NCBI GenBank assembly: GCA_963701665.1
Contig: OY969622.1
Span: forward strand, 224,001-288,000
Length of the DNA: 64,000 bases
Reading direction: 5' to 3'
From: Candidatus Babeliales bacterium
GTDB lineage: Bacteria > Babelota > Babeliae > Babelales > JANWKD01
In this document: in pieces, positions 19,224-29,008 of the stretch
Layout of the letters: the number at the start of each line of letters is the position of its first letter
Numbering within the stretch: position 1 is the first letter of the stretch
Notes under the pieces: model-generated
Told to the model about the DNA's origin: nothing
Databases searched by the model: none
What the model saw: the letters and a program-made list of their open reading frames with translations, nothing else
Program-made: the position numbers and the translations under genes

Positions 19224-20762
19224 ATGAGAAAAATTCTTTTAAGTATTCTGGTATGGGTAGTATGGATACAGAATTCTTATGCCTACAATACAAATTTAAC
19301 GACAGGTTGTTCTGAAAATTTATCGTATTGCCCTCCTGGTTGTGGTGTAGCACGTACCTTTATATTGACACGCCCAGTCTACCGTAATATTGCAGCACAA
19401 TGGTCGTTATGGCACGATGTTGTTTTTAATGCTTGTCAACCGCAAACGTTTGGATTTCAAATATTGCCCATTTTTCAACGCACATTAGGATCAGGCAAAG
19501 TTACTCGTTACTTTTTATTTGATGATGTGCTGCCATGCACCTACAACGACAATTCAGATTTTCTTGTTGTTAAAGGCGATGATGCGGATAACGGTAATCA
19601 ATATAGCCGTGATATTCGTGCTGAATGGATCAATTTGCCCAGTACATTTGCTGGTAGTTTTACCGTTCGTCCAAAACAAGAGGAAGCTGCCGTTTGGCTT
19701 GAAGCATATTACAGTCTTCGTGATACTTTTGAATCTCCTGTTTTAAAAAGTTGCTGGCTCTCTGTTGCATTACCCATCCATTATATGAAAACAGACATTA
19801 ATTTAACTGAATACCCCTCACAACCCACGGTGACTCCTCGGCCAATCGCTCCTACGTCAATTGCTGAGGCGCTTTCAAATCCAGCATGGAATTTTGCAAA
19901 ATTTGGTCCCTCAAAAAAAGAATTTGATGTTGCAGAACTTAATCTGAAAATTGGCAGCAATTTTTTAGATCAAGATGGCTTTCAATTATGTATTTATTCT
20001 TCTGCGGTTGCGCCGTTGCATGGCTACAACAATCCAGGATTTGTGTTTAGTCCCGTGCTAGGAACTAATCGTCATTTTGGGTATGGCACGGGATTAATTT
20101 TGCAGTTACCGATGACCAATGATTGTAATTCTTGTTTTATGGCATTCTTTTTTGAAATTGAAAACATTTATTTTTTCAGAGACTCACAAAAAAGAACCTT
20201 CGATCTAAAATTAAAACCATGGTCACGCTATTTGTTGCTCGTTAATGAAGATGGCAGAACCAATATTCCCGCGGTAAATATTCTGACGCGTGGTGCGCGT
20301 ATACGCCCGTTTAATATGGTTGATATGACAACTGGCGTTCGTTATCAATCGGGTGGCCTTGAAATGGAATTAGGTCTTGATGTATGGGCGCGTGGGCGTG
20401 AAGATGTGAAATTAAAAGAATGTTTTCCCTGCGGCTATGGCATTCAAGGTGTAGGTTTTCTATCGGGCACTAATATTCCAGCAACAGCAAATATGAGCAC
20501 GATTGGTGTTTTGGCTCCTAATGATGTTATTCCTTTTACAACAACTGAGATCTTTGTTCCTATTACCGAAAATGATATTGAATTAACCTCAGCTGCTGCA
20601 CGTGGTGCTATTAATTTTAGGCTACATCTAGCGGGTGGCTATTCGGCATCCTGTAATGATACACTCTTCTTTATTGGCTTTGGCGGATTTTTTGAAGTAC
20701 CTAATTATAATACCGATTTCAAACGCTATGGAGCGTGGGGAAAAATTGGATTCGGTTTTTAA
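19224..20762 (+). CDS. Hypothetical exported protein, possible outer-membrane beta-barrel
   Basis: Signal peptide, amphipathic aromatic strands, C-terminus GAWGKIGFGF ending in Phe. Confidence 0.7.
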   Translation: MRKILLSILVWVVWIQNSYAYNTNLTTGCSENLSYCPPGCGVARTFILTRPVYRNIAAQWSLWHDVVFNACQPQTFGFQILPIFQRTLGSGKVTRYFLFDDVLPCTYNDNSDFLVVKGDDADNGNQYSRDIRAEWINLPSTFAGSFTVRPKQEEAAVWLEAYYSLRDTFESPVLKSCWLSVALPIHYMKTDINLTEYPSQPTVTPRPIAPTSIAEALSNPAWNFAKFGPSKKEFDVAELNLKIGSNFLDQDGFQLCIYSSAVAPLHGYNNPGFVFSPVLGTNRHFGYGTGLILQLPMTNDCNSCFMAFFFEIENIYFFRDSQKRTFDLKLKPWSRYLLLVNEDGRTNIPAVNILTRGARIRPFNMVDMTTGVRYQSGGLEMELGLDVWARGREDVKLKECFPCGYGIQGVGFLSGTNIPATANMSTIGVLAPNDVIPFTTTEIFVPITENDIELTSAAARGAINFRLHLAGGYSASCNDTLFFIGFGGFFEVPNYNTDFKRYGAWGKIGFGF

Positions 20763-20927
20763 CTACCAATAATCTTCTTCGCTTTCATAAACACCATGCG
20801 TGTTTCCATCATCTTCATAAATATCATGATAACGTTCCGGTTTCTTGTCTTTGCGTGATGGTTTTTTGGTAGCGGGCTTTTTTTCTTGTTTCTGTTTTTT
20901 TGTTGGTGGATTTTTCTTTGTTGGCAT
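20763..20927 (-). CDS. Small 54-aa protein with a basic Lys/Pro N-half and an acidic aromatic C-half (not in the ORF track)
   Basis: AGGAG 5 nt before ATG; MPTKKNPPTKKQKQEKKPATKKPSRKDKKPERYHDIYEDDGNTHGVYESEEDYW*. Confidence 0.6.
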   Translation of the reverse strand: MPTKKNPPTKKQKQEKKPATKKPSRKDKKPERYHDIYEDDGNTHGVYESEEDYW

Positions 20928-21074
20928 GAGAGCTCCTGTTTTTGTTCATACCGTATCAAAAAAAACGAGCGTCATGCAAGCATCTGGGATAACTATCAGG
21001 CTCATAAGTGAACCTGATAGTATTTATTGTCACGAGCAGTGCCTTAAGCAAGGGTAGAAAACTCGAATAGTGGG

Positions 21075-21416
21075 TTATTGTTGTGCCATCATGGTTACCA
21101 TAACCATGTCATTGGAACAGTGCATTGAACAGCCCCATTGGCCATGCACCATGTGTGTTGACATTGCACCATTGTTGTTGATTGTGACTTCAAATTGAGG
21201 TGCTTCATCCGTAATTTCATCTGCAGGAACAGGTTGTACTTGAACTATGATATTTGCTTCTGGATTTGAAAGTTCTGCAACTGGGTTAGCTTCATCAAGA
21301 ACGAATTCACCCTTCATGCACTGATCAGCAACACAAACATCCATCATAAGTTTTACATCTGCTAGCAACGCATGAGCTGAGAGTAAAGATAAACAAAGTA
21401 ATGTTATTTTTTTCAT
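21075..21416 (-). CDS. Hypothetical small secreted protein
   Basis: AGGAG before MKKITLLCLSLLSAHALLA; start moved from 21491 to 21416. Confidence 0.7.
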   Translation of the reverse strand: MKKITLLCLSLLSAHALLADVKLMMDVCVADQCMKGEFVLDEANPVAELSNPEANIIVQVQPVPADEITDEAPQFEVTINNNGAMSTHMVHGQWGCSMHCSNDMVMVTMMAQQ

Positions 21417-21640
21417 AGTTTCTCCTAAACAAACTAAAAACAATGCTTTGCTTAAGGTGTGCTCGAGACGATTTTTTGCAATCTTAGACACAATATAATC
21501 TTCGAGATGTATTTGTCAATTACCTATTTTTCCCTGGGGGCCAATGAACGTGATTATAGGCATTATATGGGCTTAAAAATGGCCTTATTGGGGGGGAAAG
21601 GGGGGCTATCTGAAAATATATGGCAACCCTTACTGTTTAA

Positions 21641-21670
21641 AATTGACAAATATAAAATATAAGGTATTCT
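21641..21670 (+). promoter_or_regulatory. Promoter of the J-domain array
   Basis: TTGACA-16 bp-TATTCT; the 20-mer AATTGACAAATATAAAATAT is identical to 48418-48437. Confidence 0.55.
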
Positions 21671-21706
21671 ATAGGTATACCAAGCATTATAGAGAATGGA
21701 GTTTTT

Positions 21707-24265
21707 ATGAATAAAAATATAGTTTTTTTGATGTTTTTAACCTGTTTTACAGGTTTATTCGCTATGGAAGATCGTTCTAAACCTCAGTCTAATACCATTG
21801 AGCAAAGGCCGACACCATATCAATTTTTAGGTATAGATAAAACAGCAGAGGCAGGGGACATAAAGAAATCCTATGTTCAATTAGCAAAACAGTATCATCC
21901 TGATAAAGCTAAGGGTGATACAGCTGTGGCAGCAGAGTATTTCAAAGTAGTACAATACGCTTATGAAGCACTTACCAAAAACAATGCAATAAACACAGAG
22001 CATGCTAAAAATGATTGGCAAGATTGGGTCAATGAACCCGCAAATATGATGATTAAATCGGCGGCAGAAAAACTACAGGCTGAAATTAAACAAAATCTTG
22101 ATAATAATCAGAATTTGGTAACTATAAAAAAATTAATATTTGATGCGTGTACTTATTATGAGACGCATCTTTCGTGGGTTGATACGACAAGCCAAAAACT
22201 TTTAAAGCGTCTAATGATCGAAAATTATGTTGAACTAACAAGAAGAGTAATAAGAACTAACGATGCAGGTGCGCAAGGAGAAGTATATGAGGCATTCATA
22301 AGAATACGCCCTCATATAAACGATATTGAGGCAGACTTAAAAGAAATAGATAAGTTACTTGATGCATGTCGAGCAAAACGTGATGCGGGCAAAAAAAATC
22401 TTCAGCCAAAGTCGAATCAGACGAGTGTTGCTTTCATGGATTCTGGGGATCTTTATGCTATTTTGGAGATAAGCCCTCTTGCAAACCAAGAAGAAATAAA
22501 CAATGCCTTTCTAAAATTGCAGACAAAATATAAGCCTTATTCATTTGCAGAAGGATCGCAAGAACGTAAGCGAGCAGAATACCAATTTAAGCCGATCTGG
22601 GATGCATTTGATACATTGGGTAATAAACAAAGAAGAGCTATCTACGATAAAAAAAGATTAAAAGCATTTGATACTTCCGCACAAAATACAGAACAACCTT
22701 CGAGAAAAAGACCCTCAGAGAATGATGGAAAAAATGCTCGCCCTGAAAAATTCGCAAAGCAAGATAATACTCAAAAGTCTTCAAAAGATGACGAAAATAT
22801 AAAGAAATTAATAAATGCGATAAACAGTGAAAATAATGCCGTGGATAACTATATAACAAACATGGGACGCAGCGAAAATATTGAACTTAATCCCCATGAA
22901 TTTTTTGAAAAAATTTGTCAGCAATATAATAAAACATTGAAGTTTCTTACTGCTACTACAAAACATGCCGATTTTTTACAACAATATAAGGACCTTGCCG
23001 ATGTAATTAATGAAACAAGCAAAAACTTTTATAGTGCTGCCAATTTTGTATATGAAAAAGGCAAAGATAAGGGATGGTTCTTATATTCGCTTCAGAAAGC
23101 ATGTGAACTGAACGAGCTTGCATTACAGTGTGCAAAGTATTTGCAATCAATTGAAGGTGAAAAAATTATGGAGAGTTGCCGCAAGCAACACAATGTTTTT
23201 ATAAAATACTTAATTGATTTATACGAAAGTTTTGATTATTTAGAGCTGTTTTTTACTGATTTATCTATTCCAGTGCATTATCGTAATAATACATTCACCA
23301 TTTTAAAAGAAGATTGTAAAAAAGAGGAATTTTCAGTTTTGAAAGAAAAATTGCCTAAGCTTTCCTATAGCATCGCTGAACATTATTTTAACCAAGGATT
23401 ATATGAAGATGCAAAAAAACTGGTTATTGCTCTTATTCGAGGCAACATGACAAGAGACAGAACAAGGTTAAGAAAAAGCAAAGATTTATTAAATAAAATT
23501 AAAGCTGCGTCTGCAGCTAAAATGGAGCAAGAAAGTGTTTATTTCTTGAATCGGTTTGAAAATGATACTCACGCGCTGAGTAATGTAATTAGATCTTATA
23601 AAATTAATAAGTCTAATGATGAGCAAACGCTATTAGCAATTCGCAACAACTGCAAACAATATGTTGATTTCATTTGGTCGAATCGCGAGCAGACTCTTTC
23701 GCCTCAAACGTATACAAATATTCTGGATAATTGTATGCAGATCATGCATGATTTACAGGAAGCAAAGCTATTCTATCCTGAATGCATAGAGCTAGTATCC
23801 CTTTGTCTCAATTTCCCTTGGAAAAACCCAGAGATTCTTAAAGAAAGTATAGAGCCCATGAGTAATTATGCTCTTGGAGCGATACTTTCTGAAGTACAAT
23901 TCACACCAGAGGATTTGAAAGATGATAAAAAATTATCGTCACTCGCTCAGAAAATGCTTTCTGAAAATCAATGTAATTTTTTTGTTAGAACGTTAGGATA
24001 CATTCGTTCTCCGAATACCTATGAAAGTGCTACCAATGCTATTCTTAAATGTTACTTTGCTTTAGCCGAACAGTTGAGCGATCATGGTAATTATTCTGAT
24101 GCACTTTTAATGCTTGATACTGCGATGCTGCGATATCGCATGGGTAGTTTACGAGAAAATTTTGAGAGTTTAAAAGCTCAGGTATGCGTATTACAAGACT
24201 TGCAAAATCCAACTAGCTTTGATGAAGACGAATTATTAAAAGAACTGTTTGAACAACATAATTGA
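21707..24265 (+). CDS. Secreted J-domain (DnaJ-like) protein 1: canonical J-domain, second degenerate J-domain, helical/TPR-like repeats
   Basis: PYQFLGI...IKKSY..LAKQYHPDK...AYEAL; second domain DLYAILEI...EINNAF...AFDTLGN..RRAIYD without HPD. Confidence 0.85.
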   Translation: MNKNIVFLMFLTCFTGLFAMEDRSKPQSNTIEQRPTPYQFLGIDKTAEAGDIKKSYVQLAKQYHPDKAKGDTAVAAEYFKVVQYAYEALTKNNAINTEHAKNDWQDWVNEPANMMIKSAAEKLQAEIKQNLDNNQNLVTIKKLIFDACTYYETHLSWVDTTSQKLLKRLMIENYVELTRRVIRTNDAGAQGEVYEAFIRIRPHINDIEADLKEIDKLLDACRAKRDAGKKNLQPKSNQTSVAFMDSGDLYAILEISPLANQEEINNAFLKLQTKYKPYSFAEGSQERKRAEYQFKPIWDAFDTLGNKQRRAIYDKKRLKAFDTSAQNTEQPSRKRPSENDGKNARPEKFAKQDNTQKSSKDDENIKKLINAINSENNAVDNYITNMGRSENIELNPHEFFEKICQQYNKTLKFLTATTKHADFLQQYKDLADVINETSKNFYSAANFVYEKGKDKGWFLYSLQKACELNELALQCAKYLQSIEGEKIMESCRKQHNVFIKYLIDLYESFDYLELFFTDLSIPVHYRNNTFTILKEDCKKEEFSVLKEKLPKLSYSIAEHYFNQGLYEDAKKLVIALIRGNMTRDRTRLRKSKDLLNKIKAASAAKMEQESVYFLNRFENDTHALSNVIRSYKINKSNDEQTLLAIRNNCKQYVDFIWSNREQTLSPQTYTNILDNCMQIMHDLQEAKLFYPECIELVSLCLNFPWKNPEILKESIEPMSNYALGAILSEVQFTPEDLKDDKKLSSLAQKMLSENQCNFFVRTLGYIRSPNTYESATNAILKCYFALAEQLSDHGNYSDALLMLDTAMLRYRMGSLRENFESLKAQVCVLQDLQNPTSFDEDELLKELFEQHN

Positions 24266-24302
24266 TACTAAAGGGAGCCTGAATACTTAAAATGGAGTTT
24301 TT

Positions 24303-27239
24303 ATGAATAAAAATATAGCTTTTTTGATGTTTTTATCCTGTTTTACAGGGTTATTTGCTATGGAAGAGCGCCCTCGGGCCCAGTTCGTTGCATTGACCCC
24401 TTATGATTTTTTAGGCCTCGACAAAACAGCAAAACCTGAAGATATAACAAAAAGTTACAGAAAATTAGCATCTGTAATTCATCCCGATAAATCTAAAAAG
24501 CCCATGGCTGAAGAGTGCTTCAAAGCAATTTGTAATGCTCATGAAGTGCTTGGCGACGATAAAGTGAAAGCTTATTACGATGAGCAGGATTGGCAAGGTT
24601 GGACAAATCCTGCATCCAGTACTGTAGTGGATAGTGAAGTTATGAAGATACATGCCCGTCAAGAAGCACTTGAAGTACATATAAGAAATAATCCGTGGGA
24701 CTTAGCAACAATAATGAAAATGACGAATGAAGCATGTAATTATTATGAGAAGTATTTTTCAAGAGCTAATGAAGAAGGTCAAAAACTTTTAAAGAATCTT
24801 GTGATAACAAATCGCCTTGAGTTAGCAAAAATGATGATTGGTACTAATGATACTAATGAACAGCAACAAGCGAGAGAGCAGCTTGAAAGAATACGAATTC
24901 ATGCAACTGAAATTCAATCGCCATTTCTTCAAGAAATAAATCAATTATTATCACGCTATATTCCCTCGCCGAGTCCGAAGCAGAAACAATCAAGTTATAC
25001 AGATTTCGATCTAATTTGTACTGCATATGAAAGTTTGAGATTTAGACGTACAGCCTTGGATAAGAAAGAATTAGAGATATGTAGTCAGATTTTAGGTGTA
25101 AGCTGTCGTGCACATATTAAAACAATAGAAGCCGCTTATAGGCATTTGGTTAGTCTAGGCGACTTATTGGCATCGAATTTATCGCTACAGCAAGTGCAGG
25201 CGTTACAATCAATGCGTGCGGCAAAAACAGGAACAGCAAATCGATCCGAAAATATGCGAGATCCTTACGAGATCTTAGGGATACGTAACGGTTCAGATTA
25301 TAAGGAAATTGACGCTGCATATCAGGAAAGAAGAATATCGCTATATCTTAAACTTAGCGAATTGAAGAAAGTCTCGGATGCATATACGGTAACTCAAAAT
25401 GAAATAGCCCAAATTGAAGAAGCGTATCGTTATTTAAGAAATCAAAAAACGAGAAATATACATGAAAAAGACACTAGTGGATCTGATCAAAAACAAAATA
25501 TTAATGATACCATACGCAAATATCAAGAGCAGCTTGGAAAACTTTACGGTCAGCGTGCCAATTGGGTGACTATACGAAAATTAGTTGATGAATCTTATGA
25601 GTATTATAGCAATGTTCTCAAAAATCATGGGCCTTTTGAGATGATAAAGGATCATATAGCAAATAATTATGCGAACCTTATACGAGAAGGTCTTAGATTA
25701 CATGAGTTTAATATGTGCTATGTAATTGAGCAAGGTTGGATTAAGAAGATAATCGAGAATACTGAAATCGAATCGGCTAATCGTTCTTATGTAGCAATGC
25801 TAATGCGTGAATATGAACGTAAAAATAAAAATGCTGGATCATATGATAAGCAGAGTTTTGCAAACAGTAATGCACCTGAAGTTAAAGATGATGTACAAAT
25901 CAAAAAACAAATTGTTGATACCATAAATGACTATCAAGAAAGATTAGATAGGCTTTTTAAACACAATCCTCAGGATAATTTTGAAGTTATAAAAACATTA
26001 GTGAATGAATCTTATGGTAAATATATGGAGATTCTTGAAACATGTTTTGATGCGGGACTCCGAGCAAAGATCAAGGGTTGCATATCTGATAATTATACAC
26101 AGCTTATAGTGGTAGGTCTTAACGAACCGCTTGAGGCTCTCATGCGCTGTGCGATAGAGCAGGTATGGTTTGACCGTGTATTGGAAAATGCGCAAATAGG
26201 TTCAAAAAATTATAATTTCGTGAAAGGATTGCTAGATAATCATGGGTCTGGTACACGAACAGAGCAGCAGCCAAGAGATAAACAAAGTGTTCGGTCTCAA
26301 AAGATCAAATCTCAAGAGATTTTAAAAAAAGTTAAAGAGTATCAGGAACGACTTGACGCCTTTTTTCAGGACATCACTCTTATATATAATAAAAAATCAT
26401 CTAATATGGATGAAATAAAATCATTAGTTTATGAGTCTCACGATTATTATAGATCCATTTTAGCATTAGCGTCATCGGAACATGCACATGTTCGTAACAT
26501 GCTTAGAAAACATTTATCAAATAATTATTCGAGACTTGTAAAAAAAGGCCTTTTAGGCTTTGGGATTCAATTGGATTGGGTACAATTGGGAATTGAATAT
26601 TCTGAAGTAGGAACCCCTAATTATATCTATTTAAAACAGATAGAGGCTGAATGCTTTAAGCAACAAAATAACACGAAAAAACGATCGTTCAGCGAGACAA
26701 ATAGCGATACAGATGAGGAAAACGAAACAGAAGAATCTGAAAATGTAGGTCAGCCTCAACAAAAACAAGCAAAAGTTGAACGTGAAAAAGAACAAGAACA
26801 TACAGCATCGGATCAAAATGAGGCTGCAAACAAGCATAGAAGTCCTCATTATTCTTCTATACGACATCAAATTGAAACGATACATGGATTGTTGGATAAA
26901 GGGTTAGATTCAGTTTCTGCTAAGGATGCTGTTATCTCAAGTCCGGGCTATTTTAATAATTTATTACAAAACATACCATCTCGTGATGATCGTAAAAGCG
27001 CTGCTATTGAGATACTTGGACTTTATCAAAAAGTAGTTGAAAAATTGATAGATACGGGCGCCGAGAATACTGCGTGCATTATAATGGATGCTGCAGACGC
27101 ATTAATTAAGAGAGAAATACACAGTGCGCGCGATAGATGCGCTCTGTTAAAAGCTCAAGTATCGGTAATGCAGGGCGTACCAAATTCTGCGGATGAGATA
27201 GATTCATTATTGGATGCGGTGCTTGAAGAGCATAGTTGA
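24303..27239 (+). CDS. Secreted J-domain protein 2: canonical J-domain, degenerate J-like segments, three helical repeats
   Basis: YRKLASVIHPDK; DPYEILGI...EIDAAY; repeated YQE.L...LV.ES..YY...NY..L...GL unit. Confidence 0.85.
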   Translation: MNKNIAFLMFLSCFTGLFAMEERPRAQFVALTPYDFLGLDKTAKPEDITKSYRKLASVIHPDKSKKPMAEECFKAICNAHEVLGDDKVKAYYDEQDWQGWTNPASSTVVDSEVMKIHARQEALEVHIRNNPWDLATIMKMTNEACNYYEKYFSRANEEGQKLLKNLVITNRLELAKMMIGTNDTNEQQQAREQLERIRIHATEIQSPFLQEINQLLSRYIPSPSPKQKQSSYTDFDLICTAYESLRFRRTALDKKELEICSQILGVSCRAHIKTIEAAYRHLVSLGDLLASNLSLQQVQALQSMRAAKTGTANRSENMRDPYEILGIRNGSDYKEIDAAYQERRISLYLKLSELKKVSDAYTVTQNEIAQIEEAYRYLRNQKTRNIHEKDTSGSDQKQNINDTIRKYQEQLGKLYGQRANWVTIRKLVDESYEYYSNVLKNHGPFEMIKDHIANNYANLIREGLRLHEFNMCYVIEQGWIKKIIENTEIESANRSYVAMLMREYERKNKNAGSYDKQSFANSNAPEVKDDVQIKKQIVDTINDYQERLDRLFKHNPQDNFEVIKTLVNESYGKYMEILETCFDAGLRAKIKGCISDNYTQLIVVGLNEPLEALMRCAIEQVWFDRVLENAQIGSKNYNFVKGLLDNHGSGTRTEQQPRDKQSVRSQKIKSQEILKKVKEYQERLDAFFQDITLIYNKKSSNMDEIKSLVYESHDYYRSILALASSEHAHVRNMLRKHLSNNYSRLVKKGLLGFGIQLDWVQLGIEYSEVGTPNYIYLKQIEAECFKQQNNTKKRSFSETNSDTDEENETEESENVGQPQQKQAKVEREKEQEHTASDQNEAANKHRSPHYSSIRHQIETIHGLLDKGLDSVSAKDAVISSPGYFNNLLQNIPSRDDRKSAAIEILGLYQKVVEKLIDTGAENTACIIMDAADALIKREIHSARDRCALLKAQVSVMQGVPNSADEIDSLLDAVLEEHS

Positions 27240-27265
27240 TAGTATAGATATAAAATGGAGTTTTT

Positions 27266-29008
27266 ATGAATAAGAATATACTTTTTTTAATTATTTTAAG
27301 TTGCTTTACCGGTTTATTTGCTATGGAAGAGCGCCAACCATCGCATGGACAAGGAGTCGATTTATATCTACTTTTAAGAGTTAACAATGATGCTACGACC
27401 CAGGATATAGATACGGCTTACAAAGCACTTGAACATCGAGAAATAATGTCAGGATTTAAAACTGTAGATTATTTTTTCAATGTTGTTCGAGCTTATAAAA
27501 TTTTATCTAATGATAAGTTGAGAAATATCTATGATAACCGTGGCCCTAGCGCTGCAGATGTTGCTTTATATGCTACAGGATATCCGCACGCAACCGATTT
27601 GGCTGTTCGAACTAGAATAGCGAAGGATCAAGATGATCTTAGATCAAAAGACGGTAATGCGTTGCTGAAGCTTATAAAAGAAGTAAATGCTTACTATCGA
27701 GGACACTTGTTTATGGGGACCGCCAAGTTATGTGATACATTGCGTGATTGTATAGCACAAAATTACTATAATCTTGCACATGGTTTATTCTGTAATGTTA
27801 GATATAATCATGATGCAGTGCTAGAGTACATCAAGCAAGGGTTGAATTTTGCATTACCTGAGAGTCCTGCTTCTAATGCCTTAAAAGCTTTCGCCAATAA
27901 GTTACAAAAGCCAACAGAGTCTAAAACAAAGTCGCCGAGAGTTGATCTTCAACAATGGCATCCATCTACAAATATTCAACAAGAAGCGGCTCTTGATCTT
28001 CTAGATGATACTAATGCAAAAATTTTAAATGTAGTAGAAGATAGAGAAGCTTTCGAAACGCCAAAAGTGTTTTGTAAAAAAATATACGAATACTTAGATG
28101 CATACGCGAACTATACTATGCCAGCTTCATTGGAAAAGGATCGGAATTTTTCAAGTAAGCGTCATCTATGCAGTGCATTAACACATAGCGCAGCTGAAAA
28201 ATTACTTGGAATGTCAAAAGACACCATTTGGCATATCTATGGATTACAGCATGCAAAAATATTATGCCAAAAGGCATCAGATCATACTTTGCGTTTACCA
28301 AATATCAAACGGTATAGAAATACAAAGCAAACTATAGAAAGTAGTATTGTAACCATACAAGGATCTTTAGATGCTTGGTATACGCAAGGTACTTGTCTAG
28401 TTAATTTCTTTATAAGCCCTGAAATACCGCTAGATCTTTGTAAAGATGTATGGGCAACTATGATCAATGATATTGCAAGATTTAGTGTTGAAACACAAGA
28501 TGTAATGCTCGATTGTACCTATCAATTGGCACGACGATGTTTGAATGAACATTATTATGATGAAATTATAGATATAAATTTAAAAGTCTTGGCAAATCAG
28601 TATATACAATCTAGGGCTGATTTTGTTGCTCAATATCGAGAACTTATCGATAGTGCGCTCAATAACCTTGAACAACAATGCAGTACATTTTTCAAAGCGT
28701 TCCATGGTGAATTTCTCATGAGGTATGACAACAAGGATTCATCGGAAGCTTTAGCAGACATTATTCAAAATTATTTTACAATGCAATATATGCCATCACA
28801 ATCCATTGAAACAATGTTTGGTGATATCTTTTTACTATATACACGGCGGCTTGAACCCGAAAAAAAATGGGATAAAATGTACGAGTTAGCATGGCGCTGC
28901 TTAACTTTTAATAGATGGCCTGCGCATATTCAGAAACATGAACTTTTTACAACCATGCGCAAATTTATTACTAACTATGAAGATCTAAAAGCCAAAGGGC
29001 TTATGTAA
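27266..29008 (+). CDS. Secreted J-like protein 3 (no HPD)
   Basis: DLYLLLRV..DAT.QDI..AYK...AYKILSN..LR..YD; HPD replaced. Confidence 0.8.
   Translation: MNKNILFLIILSCFTGLFAMEERQPSHGQGVDLYLLLRVNNDATTQDIDTAYKALEHREIMSGFKTVDYFFNVVRAYKILSNDKLRNIYDNRGPSAADVALYATGYPHATDLAVRTRIAKDQDDLRSKDGNALLKLIKEVNAYYRGHLFMGTAKLCDTLRDCIAQNYYNLAHGLFCNVRYNHDAVLEYIKQGLNFALPESPASNALKAFANKLQKPTESKTKSPRVDLQQWHPSTNIQQEAALDLLDDTNAKILNVVEDREAFETPKVFCKKIYEYLDAYANYTMPASLEKDRNFSSKRHLCSALTHSAAEKLLGMSKDTIWHIYGLQHAKILCQKASDHTLRLPNIKRYRNTKQTIESSIVTIQGSLDAWYTQGTCLVNFFISPEIPLDLCKDVWATMINDIARFSVETQDVMLDCTYQLARRCLNEHYYDEIIDINLKVLANQYIQSRADFVAQYRELIDSALNNLEQQCSTFFKAFHGEFLMRYDNKDSSEALADIIQNYFTMQYMPSQSIETMFGDIFLLYTRRLEPEKKWDKMYELAWRCLTFNRWPAHIQKHELFTTMRKFITNYEDLKAKGLM

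Noticed and set aside
20759..21057. Track ORFs 20759-20959 (-) and 20845-21057 (+)
   Set aside because: The 54-aa frame at 20763-20927 has a proper RBS and ATG and explains the composition better.
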